Shown here: positions 1 to 12,122 of the stretch, one piece after another | Layout: every line of letters begins with the position of its first letter | Position numbering within the stretch: position 1 is the stretch's first letter | NCBI GenBank assembly: GCA_965603825.1 | Contig: CBFDEM010000010.1 | Location: 1-64,000 of the forward strand | Reading direction: 5' to 3' | Source: Blepharisma stoltei ATCC 30299 | Lineage: Eukaryota; Protista; Ciliophora | Length of the DNA stretch: 64,000 bases | Translations under genes and position numbers: made by a program | The notes under the pieces: generated by a model | Seen by the model: only the letters and a program-made list of their open reading frames with translations | Told to the model about the DNA's origin: nothing | Databases searched by the model: none

Positions 1-1181
1 TAACACCCTAACACCCTAACACCCTAACACCCTAACACCCTAACACCCTAACACCCTAACACCCTAACACCCTAACACCCTAACACCCTAACACCCTAAC
101 ACCCTAACACCCTAACACCCTAACACCCTAACACCCTAACACCCTAACACCCTAACACCCTAACACCCTAACACCCTAACACCCTAACACCCTAACACCC
201 TAACACCCTAACACCCTAACACCCTAACACCCTAACACCCTAACACCCTAACACCCTAACACCCTAACACCCTAACACCCTAACACCCTAACACCCTAAC
301 ACCCTAACACCCTAACACCCTAACACCCTAACACCCTAACACCCTAACACCCTAACACCCTAACACCCTAACACCCTAACACCCTAACACCCTAACACCC
401 TAACACCCTAACACCCTAACACCCTAACACCCTAACACCCTAACACCCTAACACCCTAACACCCTAACACCCTAACACCCTAACACCCTAACACCCTAAC
501 ACCCTAACACCCTAACACCCTAACACCCTAACACCCTAACACCCTAACACCCTAACACCCTAACACCTAACACCCTAACACCCTAACACCCTAACACCCT
601 AACACCCTAACACCCTAACACCCTAACACCCTAACACCCTAACACCCTAACACCCTAACACCCTAACACCCTAACACCCTAACACCCTAACACCCTAACA
701 CCCTAACACCCTAACACCCTAACACCCTAACACCCTAACACCCTAACACCCTAACACCCTAACACCCTAACACCCTAACACCCTAACACCCTAACACCCT
801 AACACCCTAACACCCTAACACCCTAACACCCTAACACCCTAACACCCTAACACCCTAACACCCTAACACCCTAACACCCTAACACCCTAACACCCTAACA
901 CCCTAACACCCTAACACCCTAACACCCTAACACCCTAACACCCTAACACCCTAACACCCTAACACCCTAACACCCTAACACCCTAACACCCTAACACCCT
1001 AACACCCTAACACCCTAACACCCTAACACCCTAACACCCCTAACACCCTAACACCCTAACACCCTAACACCCCTAACACCCTAACACCCTAACACCCTAA
1101 CACCACCCTAACACCCTAACACCCTAACACCCTAACACCCTAACACCCTAACACCCTAACACCCTAACACCCTAACACCCT
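1..1181 (+). repeat. Telomere, (CCCTAACA)n, ~147 units; C-rich strand at the 5' end marks a left chromosome end
   Basis: Near-perfect 8-mer array from base 1, ending at ...AACACCCT|GTCATAATT; CCCTAACA is the heterotrich (Stentor/Blepharisma) telomere unit. Confidence 0.98.
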
Positions 1182-2789
1182 GTCATAATTAACATGATCA
1201 CCTTAAATCATACATTTAATTATTACTCATCTTGAATTAATTCAATAGCTTCATTTGTCAAATTAATTTTGTTATCCAAAACTCTATCTAGCATCGGTGA
1301 TCCGAAAATTAAATGATAAAAATTCGAGCCAATAACATCCACCATAGTTTTCTCCACTTTCACAAGGAAATTAAATACCAGAATTGACGCAAAAAAGACT
1401 TAAGGAACTAAATTGGAGTTATGCCATGGTCGAAAAGGGGGCAGATATTCAGACACTAGAAGAGACAAAAGATGAAAGGCATGGACAAATGAGAACTTAG
1501 AATGGTAAAATGCGAAAAATTTTTGTGAAGGGTGATGTGAAAGAGAGATATTGTGAAAAAAGAAGGAAACTTTAAAACAAAAGTATATATGGTATAAGTG
1601 GACAGAAAGATAGTGTGACATATGATTCTTAAAGCATGCCTTTAAGTGCAGAGGAGTCATTATCTATAGAAACGTCCCACTATAACATAAGGAAATTGAA
1701 GAAATCTTTAAAACAACTTACAACACCAAATTGAAGACTTTTTTAGCAGGGATTGTAGGAGAGAAAAGCCTCTTATCAAGGACATATCTGGTGATTAAAT
1801 TTTCAAGTTAAGAGGGACGATCTAAAACTTTTAAAAAATGTCAAAAACATGATTTCATGTTATAAACAAACTAGTAAATAATCAATTTATAATTTCTAAG
1901 TAAATGCACTCATGATCTATTTGTCAATTGCAATTTAAATCATTAATTAAATGAAATAAAAATTCTAATTCGATATTTCACAAACATAAATTATTGATTA
2001 ACATGTCCCATCTTTAACTGATTTCACTTTTAAAATTTAACGAAATTTATAAACATTTAAAACTAAATCTCTCAATTACAGTTATTGAAATCTCAAAATA
2101 CCTGAAGAAGCTGTTTCAAAACGTTCAACAAAAATCATATCAAAACATCACTAACTATGCTGTTATAATTTTTAAACATAAAACAACTGATATCGTGATT
2201 GCAAGAAATACTTGATAAAATAAAAACATATAAAAGATAAGATTTATTTTGATGTTCACACTCGCTTAGCGTTTAAAATGCTTTGTTAAAAATTTGTAAG
2301 AAGTAAATTGATAGAAATGAAATTTTGATTCGAAAGTTATGTTGGCTATAAAATGATAGGATCAGATTTAACTTTTAGCCCTTTAGCTTTAATATTGAAA
2401 TGCTGCTAAAAGATTTTGACCTCATAATTTGATTAGAGGATGATTTATAAAGTGATATGCATGTGACTCAAAAAAAAATTAAAAGAGGCCAAAACTTTTC
2501 AAAGAGATGAAATATTTTAGAAGCTTATAAAACTAATTTTATATAAAATGAGAAAAATTATAACGCTTGGAAGCTAAGCAGTTTTGTCTTCCTTTTAAGG
2601 AACCACACGATTGGACTCCATTAAATTTATTAGCCTATTTTGCCATCTAAATTTAAGGTCAGATACCGACAGTTTGGGGCAAAGACTTACTTATAAGCTT
2701 GTTTAGGATTTTCCTTGAAATTTAATAGATTTTATCAAAATATAAATAGAACAGGCAATTTCCTATTTTTTTTTTGATGGTTTAAGTTT

Positions 2790-3489
2790 AGCAGATGACT
2801 ACGAATTAACTCTTAGCCGTCTCTCAATTCCATCAAACTCCTTGAATGATGAAAGTTTTGATAGATTTTATGATTTAAATAACTTGGCAAGGATTGATAA
2901 CTAGCAAAATAAAGGAAAAGTATTTCTTGCCAGTTGCTGATAAAATAATAGCCTTTTACTTATAACTGTAACAGATTCCAGAATAAGAAAATCATTATTG
3001 ATGGAAATCTTCTTAATTCTACCTTCAAAAACTCAGAAAATCTATACAACTATTTAGTTGCAAAATTAAATAGAATCAGACCTCCTGAAAAAAATTATAT
3101 GCTTATAATTCTTAAATGATAATATATGAAGAATATAGTCTAGGGGAATGGAGATAATACAAATTCTAACAAAAAATTCATATGGTTTCTCTAAACAACT
3201 TCCTCAAAAAATATTTTACATTTTAGAAAGAAATCGAACTACTGAAAGCTTTGTTGACAAGACTCTACCAAACGTCTTAAATTGGGCAAGCTATCAAAGT
3301 AATAATCTACTTTCTTATTTGCAAATAATTATTGATGACGCTCGCTTTGAACTAGAAGAGAAGGAGACAGCAGAAAAACTAGCCAACGCATTAAATGCTC
3401 TAATCGAAGTGTTCGGCTCTGAACCAGTCTTAAGAGAATTTTCAATATACTCAAAGGGTGTCGGAGTTTTTATTGATAAAATCTCTTAG
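2790..3489 (+). pseudogene. Possible decayed gene in the subtelomere (includes the 113-aa ORF 3148-3489)
   Basis: Protein-like stretches in different frames (DDYELTLSRLSIP..., KIIIDGNLLNSTF..., MEIIQILTK...) separated by TAA/TAG and frameshifts; no family recognised. Confidence 0.3.
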
Positions 3490-4942
3490 TTAAATATTTT
3501 TGTTACAGTTTCCTCTAGTATTAGAAATTTATAAAAGTGGCTATGCAAACTTCATCAGCAGCAACGAAAAGTTTTTTTTTTATTTATGGTAAATATTTTC
3601 AGTAATGCTCTTCTATCACTTATCAAGTATAATCATCCTGAGGAAAATGTTGTTATACACTCTACAACAGGTATGTAGAAGTATCTATGTTATCGTTTCA
3701 TTTGAGTTTCCTCTTCTAAAATTTCTTCAAAAAGGCTAAATTTGATTTAGCAAGTATATTGTTATCCAAGTTTTTAAATTTTTTTGAACTGGTGCTCAAT
3801 AGCAGTGCATTTCACAAAATTATAGTGTGTGATGCTTCTTTCGTTTTTGGATTTTTTGCTCCTATCTTGCAAATCCATCCAGCATTATTTAAATAAAAAC
3901 AGTGAAATTTTTTATCAAGTATAAAAATGCTATAAATAAAAAAGATAAAGCAATTTTATAACTTTTCTGAGTCGTTTTGTGTTTTATTATAGCTCATCTG
4001 CTAAGAATAATGAGGCTCTGCGTTTTTAACGATAATTTCTAAGTTGAATAATAAATGGAAAATACAGAAAACAACTGAATTATTTGAAGGTTTTTATTTC
4101 CTTGTCCAAAATCAAAATATTCTTTGTCAATCTGTTTCTTACAAATAAGTGAATCAGAATTTTAAAGGTAAGGGCATTTTAACATCTGAATAAAGTTTAG
4201 ATTGAGTATTGCTTTGCTTTTGAGGATGCAAATTGTAAGTCAATATTTCATTTTGGCGATCTTTATAAATTTTAATAGCTTAGAAATATATTGCTTTTGC
4301 ACAGATCGTTATAAATCTTTTGTAGCGTCTTTTATTTATAATTTGGCTTTAAGTGCTGTTAAAACTAATCGTTTTTGTTTTAAATGTTTATAAATTCCGT
4401 TAATTTTTATTAAGGAAATTTTTATGAAGTAAAATAAAGATTATAATCAAAATTAAAATTGCTTTATTTATTTTATTTTGAAATTATATTAATCTTAGAG
4501 CTAAGCAGTATTTTAGAATTCTTGATTTTAAAATTACGAATTTTACCTTTCACACTTCAGTCAATTTTATAATAATATATGACCAGGATTAAATAAAGGT
4601 AAGAATTATAACAATAATTAGTATTTAATAAAATTCTAGCTTCTTGAGACATCAGCGGATATTGTGATCTAATTATTTTGATTATGATTAAAAAATTTTA
4701 CCCCTACACTTTCTTAATAATCTCTTCACAACTATTTGCATACCTTCTAGTCTTAAATAAATTTTAATTTTTTTTATCTCAATATAAAATCTATCTAAGC
4801 TGCTTATTTTTTTATTAAATATTCGTATCACTTTTATACTTCCTAAAATTCACTCCTTTAAATCATAAATATCATAATTAAATACTCACATTAGAATATC
4901 GCTTCATTTTACGCACCAAATTATCCTATTTTTTAAAGTATT

Positions 4943-6058
4943 ATGGAGAGGTACAAAGTCATCAAAAACCTTGGCGATGGCACATATGGAAGTGTAAGCA
5001 AAGCTGTAATAAAAGACACTGGTGAAATAGTTGCTATTAAGAAGATGAAAAAGAAATTTTATAGCTGAGAGGAGTGTCTTGAGTTAAGAGAAATCAAAGT
5101 CCTCAGAAAAATTACACATCCAAACATAGTGAGACTTAAAGAAGTTATCCGCGCTAATGATGAACTTCATCTTGTGTTCGAATACTGTGAGAAAAACATA
5201 ATACAGATGATGAATGAACTTTCTTCACCAATGACAGAATTACAGATAAAGGATCTTATTTTACAAGTACTCAATGGATTATCTGAGCTACATAGGAAAG
5301 GATTTTTTCATAGAGATATGAAGCCTGATAATATTTTGGTGAATGAAGGCACATATAAAATCGCTGATTTTGGGCTGGCAAGAGAAATCAGATCTCAGCC
5401 TCCATATACAGATTATGTAGCTACTCGCTGATATAGAGCTCCAGAAATTTTGCTTCACAGCAGAAGATATAATTATCAAGTTGATTTATTTGCTGTTGGC
5501 TGCATAATGGCAGAGCTTTATCTTATGAGACCTCTATTTCCCGGTGCAAATGAAGCTGACCAGCTTAACCGCATATGCTCTGTCCTAGGTACTCCTACTG
5601 ACTGAGGCGAAGGCCAGAGACTTGCTGTATTAATGAATTACAGTTTTCCTCAATACGTAAAAATTCCTTTGCAAAATATTATTCCTAACGCCTCTCCAGA
5701 TGCAATTAATTTTATTGAATCTTTATTACTGTGAGACTCATCTTTAAGATCAAATGCAGAGCAGTGTTTACAGCATCCGTTTTTTGGAATAATTAAAAGT
5801 CCACCATCACCTACTATGAGAATGGACAGTTTAAGCCCAGTGAGGCCTGCGAAGCTTGCAAATAATGAAAGTCCTGTTAATGAAAGATCATTTATAAGAT
5901 TGGAAAGTATGAGCCAGAACAATGATAGCAGAATATCTCCACTGTCATTTGGCAGAGGAAAAACAAATGGAGAGAACTTAAGGCAGGTTGGGGCGAATTT
6001 AATTTCTAGGCCTATTGGGAACATCGGGAATATTGGGATGGGAAGACATAGATTTTAA
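4943..6058 (+). CDS. MAK: MAK/ICK-like (RCK family, CMGC) Ser/Thr kinase, 371 aa
   Basis: [58 protein letters not shown](TGA)YRAPE; one frame with 4 in-frame TGA=Trp, TAA stop. Confidence 0.92.
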
Positions 6059-6137
6059 TTTGATGAAAAATATATTGTAATTAGCATTATTTTATATAAA
6101 TTTATTTAGTCAAATTCATCGAATTAATGATTTTTTA

Positions 6138-9100
6138 TTAAGACTCTTGAACCAAAGGACTGTATTGTCTATTTCTCGTAGATAACGCAGAAACCTCAAT
6201 GCTTCCTGATGAAACTGATGCCACATTTCTCACATCTGTCATCTCATACTGCAGCTCTTGCTTGACCTTCTTGAATTTTCTATAAAAGTAAATAGCTGTA
6301 AACACAGACCCTAGCAGTATCAATGCAGCTCCCCAGAAAATTATTTGTCCAATCCCATGATTCCTTCTCCTAGTCAACACGATTTGTGTAGGATCATACA
6401 CCACCATCCCCAGCATCATATTTTTAGCTCCTTGTGCCACTGCAATCACATTAATAAATCCAATATTACTAGGCAGCTCCACTTCAAGCTCATTAGCCTC
6501 ACTTCCATACAAAGACCCTACATATTTAGCTCTTCCTGCATTAGCAGCAGCATGCATCCCACAAGCTGTCATCATTTGTACGTCCTCATCATCTGTAAAT
6601 ATTACATGATACTCTACAGTTTTTGGTGTCTCATATGGTCTGCCGCCTTCATATTCAATAGGACTCCATATGACTTTTATTTTTCGGCCATCTTTTCTTT
6701 CCCATTTCAAAAGTCCATCATGCCCTGGGGCTAGATTTTTAGGTGCTTGGTCTCCTGCTTTGGTGAAAACGGTTGTCATTTGATAAGTTGCGTTTTTAAG
6801 GCTTTCTACGAGCGAAACTGTGATGTAATAAGTCCCGAGTGCGTTATTGATGCTTCCTTGAATCCTGCCGTCAGTGAGGCTTCCTACAAATACATCAGGG
6901 ACTTCTTGGCTTATTAAGGTCCAGTTAGAAGAAATTTCAAGCTTGAGTTTTCCTTCACATGGGATTACATAAACGTCAAGTTTCCCTTTTTCGTTGACAG
7001 TAAGCTCAAATCTCTTCCTTGTGATAGGACTTGATAAATAGTCGTATCTGTCTGTTCCTACTTTTAATGTGACCATTTCCATGCTAGATGAGCAAAATAG
7101 GTCAAATTGGCCAAAATCGGAGCCTGAATGATCCCCATTGTCGCTTCCAAAAACAGCCAGATTGAGGCTTCCAAAGCCAGTCTCATTGAAAGCCATTTGT
7201 AATTCTCCATACAAAGGATCGTACTGCTCCATCTCAAATTTATATTTCGAATTGAATTGGTTAGGGAAATCTTTACGCTGCCCTGAAGGCTGGAAATCTG
7301 CATAAACTCTTGGCCAAAAGTCAGCACTTAAAGGAGTCAATGTACAGAAAACTGGCCCATGGAAATAAAGATGGTTTCCGAACTGGAAATACACCTTTTG
7401 GCTTCTGCTATATTCGAGTCCATATGTGATTGGCCAGCCATCTACCAGAGTTGCATATGTGTTCCTTGTATGAACGGTCACAGAATAAGTGGATTCTAAA
7501 GCGCAGCTGATTCCAATATAATAAGTCCCTACGATGAAATTAGGGTCACTTGTTTTGATTCCGATAAAGTCAATTTTTTGGCTAGAAAACGCAAACCATA
7601 GAGAGTTTTCGTAATTAACAGTCTTATTAGTAGACACATAAGCATCAATATCGCCACTGAAGGAGGTGAACAAAATATCAAAGTCTGTTCTCTCATTGAT
7701 TTCAAAGGAATAAAACTGCCACCTTTGAGGTACGATGTTAGACCTGAAAGGAATCCCGTTCTGCAAAACAGTGATAGTTTGGTTATTGTTCGCTGTTATA
7801 CTATAGGTGCAGTTCGAGTCTGTTGTATTTACAGCAATTAAGATATTGCAATACCAGCAAAAATATGGATCATTGGTTGGGATATAGATCACATATCTGT
7901 TATTTGCAGTAACTGAAGACCAAATGTAATTGTCTAATGTAGGCAGCCGCTCATAGAATTGGTCATCATATCCATAATCATAGCTTGCTAGAAGGACTGG
8001 GGTGCCAGTTGTAGGGACTAAGCTTATGACGATGTCGACATTGAGCACATTAAAGAAAGAATAATAAGCAACTGAGTTTTTCGCAAGTCTTCCTTGTTGG
8101 GGGATACCTGAATATAATCTGGTGACTGGAGTTATATGATTGTTTATTGTCAATGTGAAAGAGCCTGAAATCACTCCTAAAACTCCAATTATATATGTGC
8201 CTCTCATAGTAAGCTTGTCGTGGAAAAAAGGGTTTTCTTTGCTAATAAGCAACGATTCTCCTAACCAATTTTGTGAAGCCCAATCCCATCTATCGCGTGT
8301 TGGCTTCGCAGCTCTTCCCATTGAGACAAATAAATCAGGATCCCCATTACTGAGTGGAGTTACAGTAATTAAGAAATCAGTTTCATCTTTATCGCAATAA
8401 TAGGAATAATACACATATTGGTTTTCGTCAGCATACCCATATGTCGGAACATTTTCATAAATAATCGTAATTTCTTCTTGCTGCACATTTAAGCTGTACA
8501 TACAGGAATCACTAAAGCAGTAGACTCCTATAAGTGCTAAACAGTTTCCGCTAGGGCAAGCTATCAATAAATCTTCAGAGGAAATGTCAATTTCGTCAGT
8601 CATCACTGTAGATTGCGACCAATAGCTCGAATTTGTCCTTGAAGGAAGCTGCCATTTGGTAATGTCATAGCCAGCCTTTATTACATCAAAAATGTTCATA
8701 AAGAGGTCAGGGTCACCTTGAAGAGGCTGAGAAGTTACTGATAATGGAAGAAATGCATTGATAGTCACATAGTAATAGTCCTCTTGAGTCTTATTTACCT
8801 GGTGGATTTCTGGAGTTCCTATCATAAGAGGAGAAGGAAGATTCCTACGAGGATGGACCTTAATTGTGTAAGTTGAAGCAGAAAACCCATAAACAGCAAT
8901 ATAAAGGTTACAATTAGTAGGACTGCCATGGGTATATTGGTCTGGAAGGGTTGGACACTTAGGCTGGATGTCTGCCCATGTGATTGTCAGGACTTCGCTT
9001 CCGAAGTTGTTTGAACGGAATTCGTTGTCAGATTTAGAAGGTTGTGGTTTTTGAGGACTAGCAGTAATATAGAGATCTGGATCCCCAGATAAAGCTGTGA

Positions 9101-11339
9101 CTGTAATAGTAATGTCTTCATGGTTATAAAAAACAGGGAATCTGTAATAGTCGTATTTCTTTTCTTCAACTTGGCCATTGTATGGAATGTCTTCAGATAA
9201 TATCACTACTCCTTCTCCGATTGAGTAAACAATTGAATAAGTAGCTGAGTCGTCAGAAAATTGCTCAGCAATGACTAAAACTAAGTAAGTTGTGGTCAAC
9301 AGATAGGCTGGATCATTGGTTTCTATCGTAATAGTGTTAGTTATATCAGTAGAATTAGAGTCACTTCTCCAGTTATAGTAAAATATTTCTGTATTCCAAT
9401 CTAGGCTTGCAAGAGAGTTTGCAGCGTAAATTGAGTATTTTCCTGTGATTGGCGTAAGGGTAATTCTGAAAGGCTGCTTGGTTTCAGCTGTATAATGAGC
9501 TGTGAAGTAATAAATTCGGTAGTCTCCATCAGTTACATTATATACAGTATCTTTTTGAGGATGGCCAGGGTAGAGCTGGATTGTGGTGTTTTTTATTGGA
9601 AGCGTTTCTTTAGCAACAATGGAAAATGTGGTTGTAGATGCAGAATACACAGCTACATGATAAGATCCTATTAAGTCTTGTTTGCCGTCTTCACCTCTGA
9701 CATATGAGACAGAATCAATTTCAGTTGCAGCTTTATTTGATGACTTCTCAAAGAAAGTAATATTTGGCTTACCAATACTAGACACATATAAATCAGGATT
9801 CCCTATTATTGGGGTCAGTGAAAAATCAACCTGAGTCGCTGTAATATTAAAAACATCATACACAAAATATTTATATCCCGACCCTTGTATACTCCCCGAC
9901 GTAGGCCTTCCATCTTGAAGTCTCAGCTCTGAACTAAGATCAAGTAAGGCAACTACTGTAAAATAGCTAGTCTGGACACTAGCCCCTGCGACCCCAATAA
10001 TATACTTACACGTCTGTGCCTTGTTGCATTTGTTTGACCTATGAGCAATATTAATAGTATCACTTCCGGTCGAATGGTTTGAATAGTGAATATCCAGTCC
10101 TGGATTAGTAATATCTTCTTTCTTAAAAACGCACTCGTAAATATCACCACTTGTACAAAGCTTTGCATACAAATCAGGATTTCCTTCTAGCGCTGTGACC
10201 TGTACAGTAATGTTGTAGTTTACGTTAATTTGAAGCTCAAAGTAGAATAAATCTACATCAAGGTAATTCACATACCCAGTCTCTGGGACTCCAGCTGTCA
10301 AAGGAGTAAAGCTGTTTTGATTGATAGACACAGTCAATGAATAGGTAGAATCCATAAACCCACATATAGAAATATAATAAAATCCAGTTGGGCTTCCTAA
10401 AGACTGTCTCATTTCTTTGTCTATAATAAGTGTATCATTCCCATACTTTCTCGCTGCAAAATCGAACTCAGTTATAGAAGGAACCTTTCCAGCACTTACA
10501 TATATATCGGCATCGCCTGAGAATGGGGTCAAGTTAATAACTAAAGTCTCATTTGGATCATCCACTGCGATAAAATATGCGTTACATTGTCCACCTCCTA
10601 CAGTTCCTCTAACAGGCACTGACGCTTGCAAAGATTGGATGTTGTTGCTTGGAGTAGTCGCTGTTATGGTATATTGGGTATCAGTAAGCGCCACAATGAC
10701 TGCTCTATATGTTTCGTCATTTTTAAGACTTTCAGTATAAAAATCTTGACCTGAATGCCAGTTGTGCTCGATTGGCAAAGTATTGTCTGCGGTCGGAACA
10801 GTATCCCCTTTGTTTACAAAAAGCTGAAATTCCCCAAAAGTCGCTGAGGCCGCAATTTCTAGGAAATTCCAATTGTTTTCTGTCACAATTTTATATACGG
10901 CTTGTCGGCCTGCTGTGAGATTTCCGGATATTGGCATCCCTGAAATCAGAATAATTTCGTTTGTATAGGCCACTGTAAGAGCATATCTGCAATAAGTATA
11001 GCATGAAACCAGAATAAAGTAATCTGTGTCATTCTTTAGCTCTGAAGGGGAGATCAAAATTGAGCCTATTCCAAATGCAACGCTAGCCCAGTTAAAATTA
11101 GTTACAGTTGGAATTTCGCCTACTTTTACGTACATATCTGGGTCTGACCAATCTGAAAATGTTGTAAGGGAGATTGCGAGATCTTCCTCTGGGATGAGAC
11201 TAGAAATATGGAACTTGTATACTTTGGTGCCACCAGCTATATTCGTAACATTGTTTGTCACAGTTCTCCCATCTTCGATGTCTATTGCATTCTGAGCAGA
11301 AGAAAGGCTGAAGACTGCAATCAGCCATAATGGAAACAT
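6138..11339 (-). CDS. Type I membrane protein with tandem PPC-like (pre-peptidase C-terminal) beta-sandwich repeats, 1733 aa
   Basis: Signal peptide; recurrent ~110-aa units with G(D/N)PDLY motif; one C-terminal TM (IIFWGAALILLGSVFTAIYFY); short tail ending YSPL. Confidence 0.88.
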   Translation of the reverse strand: MFPLWLIAVFSLSSAQNAIDIEDGRTVTNNVTNIAGGTKVYKFHISSLIPEEDLAISLTTFSDWSDPDMYVKVGEIPTVTNFNWASVAFGIGSILISPSELKNDTDYFILVSCYTYCRYALTVAYTNEIILISGMPISGNLTAGRQAVYKIVTENNWNFLEIAASATFGEFQLFVNKGDTVPTADNTLPIEHNWHSGQDFYTESLKNDETYRAVIVALTDTQYTITATTPSNNIQSLQASVPVRGTVGGGQCNAYFIAVDDPNETLVINLTPFSGDADIYVSAGKVPSITEFDFAARKYGNDTLIIDKEMRQSLGSPTGFYYISICGFMDSTYSLTVSINQNSFTPLTAGVPETGYVNYLDVDLFYFELQINVNYNITVQVTALEGNPDLYAKLCTSGDIYECVFKKEDITNPGLDIHYSNHSTGSDTINIAHRSNKCNKAQTCKYIIGVAGASVQTSYFTVVALLDLSSELRLQDGRPTSGSIQGSGYKYFVYDVFNITATQVDFSLTPIIGNPDLYVSSIGKPNITFFEKSSNKAATEIDSVSYVRGEDGKQDLIGSYHVAVYSASTTTFSIVAKETLPIKNTTIQLYPGHPQKDTVYNVTDGDYRIYYFTAHYTAETKQPFRITLTPITGKYSIYAANSLASLDWNTEIFYYNWRSDSNSTDITNTITIETNDPAYLLTTTYLVLVIAEQFSDDSATYSIVYSIGEGVVILSEDIPYNGQVEEKKYDYYRFPVFYNHEDITITVTALSGDPDLYITASPQKPQPSKSDNEFRSNNFGSEVLTITWADIQPKCPTLPDQYTHGSPTNCNLYIAVYGFSASTYTIKVHPRRNLPSPLMIGTPEIHQVNKTQEDYYYVTINAFLPLSVTSQPLQGDPDLFMNIFDVIKAGYDITKWQLPSRTNSSYWSQSTVMTDEIDISSEDLLIACPSGNCLALIGVYCFSDSCMYSLNVQQEEITIIYENVPTYGYADENQYVYYSYYCDKDETDFLITVTPLSNGDPDLFVSMGRAAKPTRDRWDWASQNWLGESLLISKENPFFHDKLTMRGTYIIGVLGVISGSFTLTINNHITPVTRLYSGIPQQGRLAKNSVAYYSFFNVLNVDIVISLVPTTGTPVLLASYDYGYDDQFYERLPTLDNYIWSSVTANNRYVIYIPTNDPYFCWYCNILIAVNTTDSNCTYSITANNNQTITVLQNGIPFRSNIVPQRWQFYSFEINERTDFDILFTSFSGDIDAYVSTNKTVNYENSLWFAFSSQKIDFIGIKTSDPNFIVGTYYIGISCALESTYSVTVHTRNTYATLVDGWPITYGLEYSRSQKVYFQFGNHLYFHGPVFCTLTPLSADFWPRVYADFQPSGQRKDFPNQFNSKYKFEMEQYDPLYGELQMAFNETGFGSLNLAVFGSDNGDHSGSDFGQFDLFCSSSMEMVTLKVGTDRYDYLSSPITRKRFELTVNEKGKLDVYVIPCEGKLKLEISSNWTLISQEVPDVFVGSLTDGRIQGSINNALGTYYITVSLVESLKNATYQMTTVFTKAGDQAPKNLAPGHDGLLKWERKDGRKIKVIWSPIEYEGGRPYETPKTVEYHVIFTDDEDVQMMTACGMHAAANAGRAKYVGSLYGSEANELEVELPSNIGFINVIAVAQGAKNMMLGMVVYDPTQIVLTRRRNHGIGQIIFWGAALILLGSVFTAIYFYRKFKKVKQELQYEMTDVRNVASVSSGSIEVSALSTRNRQYSPLVQES

Positions 11340-11490
11340 TATTATTATTCACCTAATGGTTGCTATGTTTTTATATCATATGGATTGTCTATATTTCTTT
11401 GTATACCCTTTATAGGGAATTTTACGATTTTTTAAATGTCAATTTTTATAAGCGTCATATTTAAAGATTAAGAAATTTTGAGAAATAAGT

Positions 11491-12045
11491 TTAATAGCCA
11501 ATTACTTGAATTCCTGACCCGCCAACCTTGCCTAGACAAGTTCCAAGGTAAAACCCGAAATCCTTCCATCTTTTGGCTTCAAAGAATTTCATAGCTTGGT
11601 CTAGATACCAGTGAATTTCTCTTTCATTGACTTTAAGGCTTTTATTTTCAGCAAAACTAAAGGTAAGAGGGTTTTGGAATACATTTAAAGAGTGATACAC
11701 CCTTGATAAGTCTCTTTCTACAGGGTTGCAATCAAGGAATCTTGGGAATTGATTTAAGGCTGCAGCAAGGTATTTAAGGGTTTGGGTTGCAGATTCTGCA
11801 GTAGAAAGTTTATAGCTAGATATAGCCAAGGAGAAATTTTCTGAAATTTTGTCGGTCCCTGATATGCAATCTTTGATTTCAGGGTATTGAGCTTCTGTTG
11901 GAAGGCCTTCAAGTAAACCTGAAATTATTTGATGGACTTCAAGGTCATTTGGACTTGTGGATTCAGCTCTGACTCTTCTAGCTGAGAAGCCTGAGTTGAA
12001 ATCTAGGACAGCTCCAATCAAAAATGCGAGAAAGAGTGCTCTCAT
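11491..12045 (-). CDS. Hypothetical secreted helical protein, 184 aa
   Basis: Clean ORF with N-terminal hydrophobic signal and TAA stop. Confidence 0.8.
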   Translation of the reverse strand: MRALFLAFLIGAVLDFNSGFSARRVRAESTSPNDLEVHQIISGLLEGLPTEAQYPEIKDCISGTDKISENFSLAISSYKLSTAESATQTLKYLAAALNQFPRFLDCNPVERDLSRVYHSLNVFQNPLTFSFAENKSLKVNEREIHWYLDQAMKFFEAKRWKDFGFYLGTCLGKVGGSGIQVIGY

Positions 12046-12122
12046 TTTATTATTTCACCACAAATATGAGTTTTTATTAAGAGTGAGAAGTTTTTAGGTT
12101 TAAAAGAATTTAATTAAGATAA

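Noticed and set aside
1-1181. Tandem repeat as CRISPR array or satellite
   Set aside because: No spacers; terminal position and unit match a heterotrich telomere.
1400-1660. 86-aa minus-strand ORF
   Set aside because: His/Phe/Leu-rich mirror of a purine-rich + strand; no protein-like signal.
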